NCBI RefSeq assembly: GCF_036321535.1
Contig: NC_087437.1
Coordinates: 72,604,001-72,668,000, forward strand
Direction of reading: 5' to 3'
Length of the DNA: 64,000 bases
From: Camelus dromedarius
Taxonomy: Eukaryota
The notes under the pieces are model-generated. The model was given only the letters and a program-made list of their open reading frames with translations. It did not search any database and was not told the DNA's origin. Both the position numbers and the translations under genes were made by a program. This document shows positions 34,394 to 47,005 of the stretch, piece by piece (position 1 is the first letter of the stretch; each line of letters starts with the position of its first letter).

Positions 34394-37300
34394 CTGAAAG
34401 GCAAACCAAACAGCGACCATTAAACATAGCAGTTGAATCACACTGCAACTCAGGAAGCTGGTTTTAGCAATACTATTTTCTTCGTTCTGCATGCTCTTCC
34501 AGTACAGAAGAGCAAGGCCTGTGCTCTCTAAGACCCCTGGTCCACAGGTCCATCACACAAAGTTGGGTGGTCCTCGCCTCCTCCTTCCACCAGAACCCAT
34601 CCCCTAGGAGTCCACTGAGCGAGTGCTGGTTGGGAGAGGCTGACTCAGCTGCTGTCAAGGGTGGGCACAGGGCTGCCCAACACCAGGCTTTCCGCTGAGG
34701 CAGCCCAGGGAAGCCGTTTCTCCTGTTACAAATCCTCTCCGTGTCTCACATCCCAGCCTCTCCCTGCCCCCACAGGGCGTGTCAGAACTCCTCGGTTTAA
34801 CCACTTCATTGCTTAACCTATAAAATGCTCAAGGTAGGGCCCAAAGCTCCCTGCCATCGGCCAGGTACAGACTCCTGAACTCCCACAGATGGCCCTGGGT
34901 ACCAGCAGCAAATCAAGCCTCCCTGATTTGTCCCCAAAGTGAGACTTTTTCTGTCCTATTTCCACTTCACAAAGTTTCGCAACTCTCAGTAAGGGGACCT
35001 AAGGAAAGGGAGTTTTCATCTTCCTAGAACATATTTTTCCTGTTTCCAAAATAAAGATAATCATAAGGCTATCCTTAGTTAATTAATAGCTTATACAGCT
35101 TGTTAAATGCTACCACAACGTGAGGTTTCTTACAGTTAGCCTTTGGCTCAAGAAGGCCCCGATTAAGAGCCAGCAGTCAAATAATTAAGCGTGGCCACAT
35201 CTAAGACTCTCACCCAGTGGCAAGTTTTGCAGAGGAGCCAGTCCCAGTAACGAATCAGAACGCTGTCCCTGCCAACGAGAGGCAAAGAGCTCCTTCTTGT
35301 GGCCAGAGGTCACATAAGCCAGTACTCTTGGATGCGGCTGACAGCTGAGTTTACAAACCCTACTAAAGCCAAATGTGCCAAACCTTGGGGTTCAAACGAA
35401 TTACAGTCAGGACTTGAGAAACACACAGGTTCAATGACGCACTGCTGAAAGGTGAAAGATGTGCTTTCAAACTCTAAGCCAGCGACTCTGGTTTGGGGGT
35501 GCCCTGTCCTCCACCTTCTAATTATGGGAAACAATGGTCAACATCCTGACACGCAGCCACCCTGCACTCCCACAGGCAAGGACTGGGGTCGGCTGATGGT
35601 AAAGGGCCGGAGGCTGGCTTTCAGAAGACCTGGCCAGAAGCTGAATAAGACGGTCACACTGCCTAACTTGGCCTGACCAGACCCACGCAGTCCCTCCAAG
35701 TCAGGTCGCTGGGTGAATTGACATAAGGCTCAATTGTGAGGGGAGAGGAGGGGTTTTCAGGGAAGCAGAGAACGCTGTGGGCTTTGCTTCAGCTGCCCAC
35801 CACTAAACTGGGCCCAGCAGCTGACGAACCAAAGGGCATCTTCCCAGGTTCCTGCAGGCGGGTCCAGGACCAAGGTCAGAATCCCCACGGACACAAGTCC
35901 GTCTGCTAGGGATGTAGCCGCCTCCTGCCCACGTGCAGCAGCAGCCTTTTGGAGACAATGGCTGTTGTTTCTCAATTCAACATTGTTGAAAATCTACCTG
36001 GACTTTAAAAAATGCAACAAAAATGTTTCTCAGACATTTCTTTATCCAAAAATCATAAAACTCTTGGGTTTTTCTTTCAAATAACTTTAAAAAATATATT
36101 CTCTAACACTTAATCTTTAGATTTCTAACACATTTTACTCAGTTTTCTGATGGGTTTTACCCCAACCCATCATGGAATCCCACCTCCTCTAGACCCACAG
36201 TGTAGGCTGGATTCTTGGAAAGACCCTTCAGGCTCTGAGCATCTTTCCTCTCCCGACTCTGTCTTTGAATTGTAGGTTAGGGCAGGTGCACAGAGGAAAG
36301 TTGGGTCTGATTATGTATTCCTCCCTTTTCTATTAGCATTTTAATGCTAATAATTTATGATTAAAATAAGCAAGGTCAAAGGTGTCACCATAGGTGATAT
36401 GCACACTGGGGTTTTATAAAGAAGGAGGACTAGTGTTGTTGCCAAGGCAACCTGTCACTGGATGCGTTTTCAGACTCCGGTCCCTTTGGTTCTGCCCACT
36501 GTGCACCACAGCTTTACATGCTTTCCCTCCCAGGTTCGAAATTTATGGTTTGAGAGGGGGAACTCAGCATAAAATTGCCTTTGATGGTCACATTCCAGGG
36601 ATACCTTAGGAATAGGGGCTAATAAAGCTTTGCCATGTAAATCTTGCTCTAACTATACAAAAGAATAATAAAATGATTCCTCTACATGCATACACGCTTT
36701 AATCTAGGTGTCTGTAGACATATATAAAAACATTAAAGATTAGGAGAAACTAAAAAAGGAAAAATATGTATGTGTGTGTATCTGCTACACATGTATGGTA
36801 CATAACGTATATACGGTAAATACATGTATAGAAGAAATCACACAGACGGCAGATGGCTGTTCATTTTGTAGAGAGGGGTAGAATTCACTCAGTGTATGGA
36901 ATTGACTGGCACGTGAAGTGTCCAGGGGACGTGGGGCGGGGGAGACAGGAGGTGGACTTACCCTGTAGCATGTGTCTTTATCTTTAATATTATACAAGGA
37001 GCATGGATTTATGTATGACTTGGGTTCCTCAAAAGCAAAAGCCAGTACACGCAGTATATCATATCACATCGCTATCTGAGATGTGTTTCTAGTTCTACTC
37101 TCAGCTTATTCAAGCCATTTGCTGGGGAACAGCCATGACTTATCTGGGCATTTCCTCTCCTCCCTGTGCACTTGTCGGGTTGTAAAATTAATCAGTTAGT
37201 CTGGGCTTCCTTTTCCTCCTTTATAGAGCACGGGCATTGAACTAGTTGGCCTCCAAAGACCCTCCCGGCAGTGACACCATGGTTCTATCTAGCACTGGTC

Positions 37301-37397
37301 CCCTTTGTGCTTTGAGACTTGGGAAGTCATTTTTGGTAACTGGTGATGGGTGTCACTTTCCAGAGAGAGACCAACACGTGATGCTCCACATTCTTAC

Positions 37398-37468
37398 CTG
37401 AAGTCCATCAGTTCAGCAGAAGTAAAATAACGGCTCAGAGCTGGTGATGAACTGTACACATCTGTGAT
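37398..37468 (-). CDS. C3orf52: C3orf52 coding exon 4: ITDVYSSSPALSRYFTSAELMDF(S)
   Basis: ttttag| acceptor, AG|GTAAGA donor; 71 nt, phase 0-2. Confidence 0.94.
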
Positions 37469-37959
37469 CTAAAACAAACAGGAACAAATAAAGCACCACA
37501 CACATTACCGCCAGACCATCCCGCATCACCTGGCAAAGCAAAACTACTCCTAGACAAAGGAGGGTCCACTCTGGCCAGGAATTAACTTATCTGGAGGCTC
37601 TGGATGAAGAAACAGGAAGGAGCAGGCCTCCCACCAACCCAAATTCAAGTTAACATTCTTTCAAAAGAACTTCATTTGAAAGGACCAAGTGACCAGGCTG
37701 GCATTTTCAACATCTCTTGTATGTTGTGCTGACACCTTGTGGTCTTAATGGTCCCACACAGACCCCAAGCACCACGGGAAGGAGGGAACCCTTTAGGGGG
37801 CTGGGAAGACTGCAGAACAGGCCGCTCAGGCCTCCATATCACGGAACAAGGGCCTCTTCTCTCCTTTCTCCAGAGCTTCACTCCAAGGAGAAGCAGTCAC
37901 ACTAAGCCACTTTCCCCTGCATAATGGAACCAATGTTATAATGGAATGCAATGGTATAA

Positions 37960-38950
37960 TTGCCAAGATACAGAGTTCTTATTTTATGCATGAAATGTGG
38001 TAACCATAAAGAATAATGACACCTATGTGCCCACCACCCAGATGTCAAGCCTTCACACTTTACCATACTTAGCTGAGCCCTTTACCTGAAGAAACAAAAC
38101 CAAGCTAAATCTACCCTTACAGACTATCCCACTTTTCCTCCCTCGCTCCCCACTGCTAACCATTGTCCTGAAGTTGGTATGTATCCTTCTCATGCATGTC
38201 TTTACAAATGTAATGCTTCCCTGTGTAATCATAACCAAACATAAATGTAATTTCCGTTTATATTCAAAAAAAGGTACCCTATTTTACACAATCTTCTCCG
38301 ACTTGCTGTTTTTCACTCAGAATCACATTTAAGATTTACCCATAATGGTCCGTCCAGATAGAGGTCATTCAGTCTAACTCCTGGCTCTGCAGAGATTCCG
38401 TGAAATGACTGCACCGCCCATCCCTCCCCCCACTGGTGGCCATGCGCTTTGTTTGCGATTTCCTCCCGTTACAAACTATGCTGAGCTCATCATCCTTGAA
38501 CACATCTTCTTGTACCTGGAGGGGTTTCCCTGGGGCATATACCGAGAGTTGGACTTGGGTCCAAGAGTTAGAGCATCTCCACCTTAACTAAGTCTTTCTG
38601 AATCAGTGTCCACTTTACTCCCCTCCCAGCAAAGTATAAATACTCCACTTTCCACAGACTTGCCAGCACTTAATATTACCAGATCTTTTCATTTTTGCCA
38701 AGGGATATATAACATTGTGTTTTTTACTGTTTTAATTTGCAATGTCTTGCTTGTGAGGTTGAGAATCTTTACATGTGTTTATTAACTCCCTGGGATTTCT
38801 CACCTTTGAATTGCCTATTAGAGTCGTGTCTTTGTCTCAGGTTGTCTTTTTCTTGCTGGAACGGATTGGTGTTACATTCCAGATACCAGCTGTTGGTTTT
38901 ATGTTACAAATACCTTCTCCCAGTTTTTGATTAGTCTTTTCGTCATATGT
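37960..38950 (-). mobile_element. Old L1M remnant
   Basis: cctatgtgcccaccacccagat...ttttcactcag...tttactccctcccagca...ttgccagcact...gaggttgagaatcttt. Confidence 0.65.
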
Positions 38951-39725
38951 CAAAGATGTGAATGAACTCTAACCTTTGGTACCTGAGAACATGTGGCTGA
39001 ACGTAATTACATTGCATTTTTAAAATTTGCTTTGAAGGTTAAATGCCTTGTTCTTAGCAGACAGGAGCACTGTGCTGGGATCTGGTTATAGCCCCCAGCA
39101 TGGACCCAGCGCCGAGGCTGGAGCAAGCCCACAGCCAGGCCTGAGAAACCAGCCAGACCCACTCCTGCCGGCCTGAACCCTCAGCTCTGACATTCTGAAA
39201 TCTCACAGACACCCGCAGTTCCCAGCGCTGAGCCCGGTGCACACAGCTGCACCCATCCCAGTTCAGGGCCCCACTGCCTCACCCAGCAGCAGGCGGCAGA
39301 ACTACCCCGACAGCAGGTCCCCCAGGGGAACGAGCCCATCTGTCTCCCATCCGAGTCCCAAAAGAATCTCAAGGAGGCTGAGTCCACGGAACACTTCCCG
39401 CTTAACTCACTGGTGACAATTCAGCCTCTCCAAGGCAGAGCAGAGAGGATTAGAGCTCCAAGTCCTGTCATTATGGCTGTGATCTGCATAAGAACCTGCC
39501 AGAAGAGGCACTGCTGTCTCTCCCCTTTTCACTGATTAAAAAAACAAAAAATTCTAGCCCCAGGTCACTCTGCTAGTAAGGACTTCAATCCTACCTGTTA
39601 CAGACACTAATCCTGGCTTCCTCACATTTTACCACACTACCCAGGGGCCACGAAGCAAGGAGGAAAGTGTCTCCTTCTGAATATTAAGAAGGAAAGAAGC
39701 ATAACTTGTTAAGAACTTTGGGGCA

Positions 39726-40202
39726 AAGAAAGAATAAAATAATGCCATTTGTAGCAACATGGATGGACCTGGAAATTGTCACTCCAAGTGAAGTAAGCCA
39801 GAATGAGAAAAAAATACCATATGATATCACTTATGTGTGGAATCTAAAAATAAAAAGACAAACGAATTTATTTACAAAATAGAAACAGACTCACAGACAT
39901 AGAGAACAAACTTATGGTTACACGGTGTGGGGAAGAGGGTGGGAAGGGATAAACTGGGAGTTCAAGATTTGCAGATACTAACATATATAAAATAAACAAC
40001 AAGTTCATACTATGTAGAACAGAGAACTGTATTCAATATCTTATAGTAACTTATGGTGAAAAAGAATACGAAAATGAATATATGTATGTTCATGTATGAC
40101 TGAAGCATTGTGCTGTACACCAGAAATTAACACAACATTGTAAACTGACTATACTTCAATAAAAATGCATATATTCAAAAAAAGAAAGAAAAAAAAGAGA
40201 GA
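39726..40202 (+). mobile_element. 5'-truncated young L1 with target-site duplication
   Basis: L1 3' end plus A-rich tail, flanked by aagaactttggggca (39711-39725) and aagaactatgaggca (40203-40217), 13/15 identical. Confidence 0.92.
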
Positions 40203-40832
40203 AAGAACTATGAGGCAGTCATCTTATAGTTTCTGAGCCCCAGAAAAAAGAAAGTTGCCAACAGGCCAACAGCCATTTCAGAAACCCTGGAAGTCGGAAA
40301 GCGGCTCTCACCTGGCCACTCAGAACGCAGGGAAGGGGGTGGGGGTGCTCTAGAGGGGAGTTTTTTCAAGCACTAAAAATGATAACAATAATGTCGCTCC
40401 CTTCCTTTCAGACTGAGCTTCTTCTGTCGGGAATTGTGCTTGTCCTTCCTTCTCTGTTCCCTCCCTCTCATCCTTCCTTGATGAATCCGTAGGGCCCTGA
40501 GCACTGTGTTTTGCACAAAAGAGGCGCTCAGAAAAAGCCTTAAGGTAAAATTTTATGTTCGGAGATGGAGCGGTATACCAGATCATTTTCAGTGTCTGCT
40601 CTAAGACTCTTTTTGGTGGCACGGTTCCCAGCTATCACTGGGACATATTTACATATTTGGGAGCTATTAATCACACTACCCATTTTGAGGCCAAAGAAGC
40701 GAAACAAGGCACTCCTCACCCCTTGCTCTGGTGTCTCCCTGCTGTGCCCACGAGGCTGGGTGCAGACTGAGCTCAGAGCCAGTGAGCTGAACCCCAGTGT
40801 CGGGCACAGTGGCTCACAGAAATCAGCTTCCA

Positions 40833-41396
40833 ATTACTTATAATCGCCAGGATATGGAAGCAAACTAAGAGTCTATCAACAGATAAATGGATAAAGAAGC
40901 TGTCGTATACATACACAAAGGCATTCTACTCAACCATAAAAAAGAATGAAATTTTGCCACTAGCAACAACATGGATGGACTTAGAGGATATTATGCTTAG
41001 TGAAATAAGTCAGACAAATACTGTGTGATATCACTTATATGTGGAACCTAAAAAATAAAACTAGTGACTGTAACAAAAAAAGAAACAGACTCACAGATAT
41101 AGAGAACAAACTAGTGGTTGCCGGTTGGGAGAAGGCAGGGGGAGGGGCAAAATGGGGGTAGGAATTGAGAGGTACAAACTTCTACATATAAAATAAATAA
41201 GTTACAAGGATATAGTATACAGCACAGGGAATACAGCCAATATTTCACAATAACTATAAATGGAGTGTGACCTTTAAGAATTGTGAATCACTATGTTGTA
41301 CAGCTGAAGCTTATAAAATATTATACATCAACTACATCTCCATTTTTTAAAAAGAGATAATGTTAAGAAAAAAAAAAAAAGGAAGGAAGGAAGGGA
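40833..41396 (+). mobile_element. 5'-truncated L1 with target-site duplication
   Basis: L1 ORF2 end and 3' UTR with an A/GGAA tail, flanked by agaaatcagcttcca (40818-40832) and agaaaccagcttcca (41397-41411), 14/15 identical. Confidence 0.92.
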
Positions 41397-43628
41397 AGAA
41401 ACCAGCTTCCAGAGTAAGAGGGATACCTTCCTGCATTATCAGAGGGGTCACTGTTAACTCCTGCATCCAGCATGTGTGCTGAGGTGGGACCCACACAGCT
41501 GATGGACTAGCTTAACCAGGGTAATGGCCTCAACCACAAAAGAAGGAAACTGGCAGTGAGATATGAGAGGGGCCAGGAAAACTGTGTTTAGAAAAGCAAG
41601 ACAATAAAACATAAGAGGGGGCACAGGGTTTCAATATCCACTCCCATTTTCCTTCCACAGCCAGAAACTTCTGGAAACTGGCCTAGCTGGAGGAAGGAGG
41701 TTCTTGACGTGACAAGAAGGTAGTACTATCTCTGAGTTCCTTATTTTTGTTCTGAACACATTTGGTTGGGAAGCCAGGGGCAGGAGCCTTTTCACCTCAC
41801 TGCGCCTTATGTTTGTCATCTATAAATCAGATCATTCTTTTAAAAATGCACCTCACAGGCACCTGTGGGTATACAGGGAAAGTACGATGATTTCCATTTA
41901 TCGGAGCAGGAACCAGCTCAGAGAGGCCTGTGAATTCGCCCCAGGGACCCCTGATAGGCCCTGTTCTTCGGCCACTGCACAGTGATGAGCTAAAAACACC
42001 TGTAGAATCTGCTCATGTCCACTTCTGTGCAAGAGATATGGCTCGAAGGTGAGTGATTAATACGGTTTCCCTTTGACGTAGATTTCCCTTTGACAGAGCT
42101 AAGTCCCGTCTGTAACAGGTGGACACACAGGGGTGCTGACTCATTTGGTTTCTGCTCAGCCAATGCAAAACCCCTCTGTTAAAAAAGCAACCAAGAGGAA
42201 AGTAGCAAGAAGTATTCAGTCAGCGACTTGCTCTGGAAGCAGGTGGAAGGAAAGGCCCTGCAGATAAGATAGTAACCAAGGGGAGGAAGGAGGAAGAGAA
42301 ACCCGGAATAATCCTCCCAGGTACAAACTCCTGTGATCACATGGCAGGTATACGACACCCAGAAACTGACTCTGGGGTGACCTCAATGGAATCACCTCCT
42401 TCAGCTTTTGTAGGAGCCCAACAGGAGCCAAATAAAGAGGACTCACTCCACTCGGCCTATCAACTGCAGGGAAGAGGGGAATGGATGGCAGGCTGATCAT
42501 ACAGATTTTCTCACCAAAACGTTTTTCTGGGTCTGGCTGTGAACCCCCCTGTCTTTGACAGGGTAACCAGGACCACCCTGACCAAGCCTCGTGGTCTGGC
42601 TGCAGAGCCAGTATGTTGCACGGAGCTCAGGGTCCTGCATCTCCCAGTCCATGACAAAGTCACCACCCACCCACGTGGCCACCTGACCAGGAGCCCAGAG
42701 CCATACTCTCCCTCAGCACCATGTCCAACCAGCCACGACGTCCTGCTGAGTGAGAAGACCTCTGAAATCTCACTTGAACCTCAATTATTCCCCCACCATT
42801 GCCCTAGTTGAAGGCTCCCTCCTTTATCACCTGGATTACTGCAGTACCTTCTAACCAAGTGTTCCACCTCCAGGGGTTTTCCATCATCACACAGAGAGAC
42901 TAAAAGGAGAAGCTGACCATGTCGACCTGCAGATTAAAATCTTTCCGTGCCTTTCCAAAGGACATGGAAACCTTCATGATCTGACCCTTCCCTTCCTGTT
43001 CAGCCTCACCTCTGCAAGTCTGCTACACAGTATGCGGAGGCCAGAGTCCACTGCCAGGCAGATCCCCTAGTGTTTCCTGCCCTCTAATCTGGAACACCCC
43101 TGTCTCACATTTTGAGACTTATCCCGAGTATCACCTCTTCCAGGAGGCCCTCCAAGCCTTCATCCCCACCTCAGGTAGTTTAGATGCCCCTCCTCTGTGG
43201 CTGTAAAACACACTGTACACATCTCAGTGATAGAACATATCACACTGTTTATACCTCTCTATTTAATTGCTTCCTCTACCTGGACTGTGAGTCCCCACTG
43301 AGGGCACAAACTCTGGCCCTGGCATTGGGCATATTGTCTAGCACATCACAGACCCTCAGTGAAACTTCAGGTTGATTCAAAGGTAAAAGCAGAGTAAGGA
43401 TACAGAACGCTGTCCTCTGGGAAGCATTTAGCTGGAGGACAGGGCTCCTCCCTCTGGGTCCGCACTACAGAAAATCCATTCCTAAGCATCAGTTTCTGCC
43501 AATATCCAGACCAAGAATCCAACCTTGAAGCTACTTACTTGCTGCATAGCACTAAGCCAGCTGTTCCGGAAGAATTCACACATACTCCAATGCTAAGAAC
43601 TCAGTGAACAATGCATGAGATATCTCAC

Positions 43629-43756
43629 CCTTTCCGTGAGCAAGTCAGGCAATTCCTCTTCAGTGACACATTCTTCTGGAAGCTTTAGCACCAGTAAGAA
43701 TGTTTTACTTGACGATAATTCAAATGTATCATTTTCATCTTCATCGACATAAGTCA
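43629..43756 (-). CDS. C3orf52: C3orf52 coding exon 3: (V)TYVDEDENDTFELSSSKTFLLVLKLPEECVTEEELPDLLTER
   Basis: cctttag| acceptor, AGG|GTGAGA donor; 128 nt, phase 1-0. Confidence 0.95.
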
Positions 43757-44714
43757 CTAAAGGGCGGGAGGTGGAAATAAAAAGTAAAAGTAAACACATG
43801 CATAAAATAATAAACTTTTTTACTCCATTGACAGTCACTATACTTAAAAAACAAACCAACAAAAACAATGAGCATTCAACAAGCATAAAGCCTGGACACA
43901 GGAAGCAAGTATCAGCTGAAATGCTTTCTCTTCTCAGTGAGACTGAATAAAGACAGGGGCTTGCCTCCATCATGATAAGAATTTTGCTTCTTCGTTTTAT
44001 GCCACAGGGGTGTCGACTCCACTGAACAGGGCTGGGAGGAGGGCGGGAGGAGGAGGCGGGATGAACGTCTTTGTTAAGCTGACCCTGTAGCTTAGCTACC
44101 TGCACAGGTGTCAAGGCAGGTGCTGGAGGCAATCTGGAGGGATGAACAAACAATGGGTGCGGCGGGACGGGAGCAGAGCAGGGAACTTTGTTGAATCGCC
44201 TTCCGTCTGCGCACGCGCTGAGGAGTGACATCAGCGAGCAGAACTGCGCAGGGATTAGAATCTGAGCGAGTGAGCGTGAGGTCATCACCCACAGTCTGTC
44301 CCCCGGGAGGGAATGTGGACACACTCTGTTTGCAGAAGGAACCCAAACTACACCCAGAGCCTCAGGGCCCATGGGACTTACCTTCCTGGGACAATGAGTT
44401 CTGGGTGACTGCTGGTGTTCTAAGGGCTGTGAGCTGACTGATTTTTCAGCAGTTAGAACCAAAGGAAAAACACACAGAGTTGGGAGCCAGGAACTGGACG
44501 CTGGCGCACTGGAACTAATCATGCTCTCCTGGCTCCCTGCCCGCCTCCCTGCCAGGGCCACGGGGGGGACCACCTCTCGTGCCCTGAGAAAGGCGTGGGT
44601 GGGAGGAACCAGGGGTTCCTGTCGTGTGTAATTTTCTCTCTGATCCCACGCCTCAAACATAACATAATCAGCCTCTTTTACTGGACTTTGAAAAGGACAT
44701 GGTAGAACCAATTC

Positions 44715-45311
44715 CGGGTTTATGATGGAAGTAAGAGCCTGGGCCTCACTCCCTGAGGACGTCTGGAAGTGTGAGGCACCAGGAGCAAGGGAATGTGCAG
44801 GAAAGAGTTAACAGAACAGGCTGGAGGCTGCCAGCCTCAGAGAGGCCATTAAGGTTGACCCCTGGCTGGAGTCTGGAACTTGGATTTCAGTTGGGGGATA
44901 GGGAGGTGTCCCACATTTGCTGGTTAGAGTGGCTGGCTGGGTCTCAAATGTTTGCAGGGACAGCATGGGTCATGCTGAACCTCTCCTTTCCTTCTGGGAG
45001 TCTGGAGTCTCAGAAGGTGCCAGACAGAGGCGGCCTATGTGACAAGCTCCAATAAAAACCCTGGGCACTGAGTCTCTAAGGAGCTTCCCTGGTGGACAGT
45101 ACTTCACACGTGTTGTCACAATTCATTGCTAGAAGAATTAAGTGCACTGTGCCTGCACCGAGTGAGGACTCTTGGAAGCTTGCACCTGGTTTCCTCCACA
45201 TTTTGCTTTACATCCTTCTGCTGTAATGAATCATAGTCATCTCTGTGACTGTATGCTGAGTCCTTCCAACAAATCACTAAATCTGGGGGTGATCCTGGGG
45301 ACCCCAACACA
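44715..45311 (+). mobile_element. MER21-like ERV LTR
   Basis: ccaataaaaaccctgggcactgagtctcta...ggaagcttgcacctggtttcctcc...tatgctgagtcct...ggggaccccaacaCA. Confidence 0.7.
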
Positions 45312-46384
45312 GGGAATTATCCCTGCTTCCTTATTTGTTGTAAGTCATTAAATTATTTGTCTGACAATAAAAGTTATGCTCTCAAAGCAGGAAACATGCA
45401 GAGTATAGGAAATTGTAGCAAAGCAAGAAAAACATTACAAAAAATAATTCTTTAACCAAAAGGCTTTTTGCCCATATTTCATATTATATATTTGAGGTCT
45501 TAATGAGAAGGTAATTTGCATACTGCTTTTTGTTGCTTACTGTGGTCACTGCTTATCTGCCTTGATCCTTTGTTGTTGCTGTTGTTAGCACGTCAAAAAG
45601 CCACTCCCCAGATGTTTGAAATTCCTTGCAAAGATTGTTTTAAAGGCTGCATTAATGTTCTGAAGTCATTTAGTGTGTTTAGATTTCCAGTGTTATAAAT
45701 AATGCTGCAGTCGGTATCTTTGAGATCTACATGCACCAGGCACATTTCCAGAGTAGATATCATTGCCTCAAAAAGGAATAAAGATGCCAGAAGATGAATA
45801 CAGGAGTCACAAAACTGCTAAACTCAAGGGCACTAAGAAATGCCAAGTTCGAAAAGAGGTCTCCAACAATAGCTTTAATGACATACACTTAACTTGTTAG
45901 TACAAGTATAATGAATCCATATAATGCATCTGTACAAGACCTGGCTCAATGGTTGTGTTTGTCAAAACACTATCAACAACAAAAACAGGCTTACTCAGCA
46001 GAAGTTTACGTCACTAATGACTTAATCTGCGCAGTATTTACACGTAGAGAAAATGGCTTTAAACAAAAATCATGATACATACACAAAGCACATTGGAAGT
46101 ACACAAAAACAGCTCTTTGGCTGGAATATAAGAAATGAGGCTGGAGAGGGAGGCCTTCAATGCCAGATGTCTTCGGGAGTAATGGAGGTTGTCAAAAGCC
46201 TCCCAGGAAGGGGGTGGAGATAAATCTGCTGGTGATGGATGAGATAAAATGGAACTGGGAGAGACTGAAGGCAGAGAAGCCACTGGACACAAGAATGGGA
46301 GAGAGAGATTTTGATTGAAAGCAGTGGGAAGTGGAAGGGAGGAAGGAAGAGAGGGAGGAGAAAGTCCTGGATGGTGGAAACGGA

Positions 46385-47005
46385 GCTGGCTATCAAAGTC
46401 TTATTAGCTACTTATTAGCCATGTGTCTTGAGCAAGTCACTTAAATCTCTGATGCAGTTTCCTCAACAGAAATATCAAGCCTACATTGTGGGTGATGGTA
46501 AAGATCAGAACCACTACATATAAAGTACCCAGCCAAAATACGGTACCTTGGAGTAAGCAGGTAGTTAATGTTAAAAGTTACTATCAAGACACTACAAAAG
46601 GATGATTGGTAAGACTTGGTCATTATCTAGTTATGGGGGAGAAGAAGAAATCAAAAGTGTTCCAGAGTATCAAGCCTAGGTGACAGGAGGAATAGTAGCT
46701 ACCGTACTAAGCATTGTGCACAGACTCTGCTATGCACTTGTAGTTCTTACCTCATATAATCCTCAAATCAACCTAATGAATTAAAGATTAATGTTTTCAT
46801 TTTAAAATGAAGACATTGAGGCTTAGAAAAAATATACATAATTTGCTCAGGTCAGTTGAGCTAGGAAGTAGGAGGGTTAGGGTACATTTATAGACAAAGA
46901 TTCAGAAATCATTTCTGTTTTACAAAGGTGGAAACTGAGACCAAGAGTGTTGAAGAATTTGCCTCATATTACACAATTGGATGGTGGCAGAGCTAGAATA
47001 AACCT
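46385..47005. mobile_element. Cluster of MIR remnants in both orientations
   Basis: gagcaagtcacttaaatctctgatgcagtttcctca; cattttaaaatgaagacattgaggcttag; tttacaaaggtggaaactgagacc. Confidence 0.65.

Noticed and set aside
43593..44711. 372-aa minus-strand ORF, the longest in the track, as a novel gene
   Set aside because: Only 43629-43756 is C3orf52 exon 3, bounded by good splice sites. The rest is intron with no recognisable domain and a non-ATG start.
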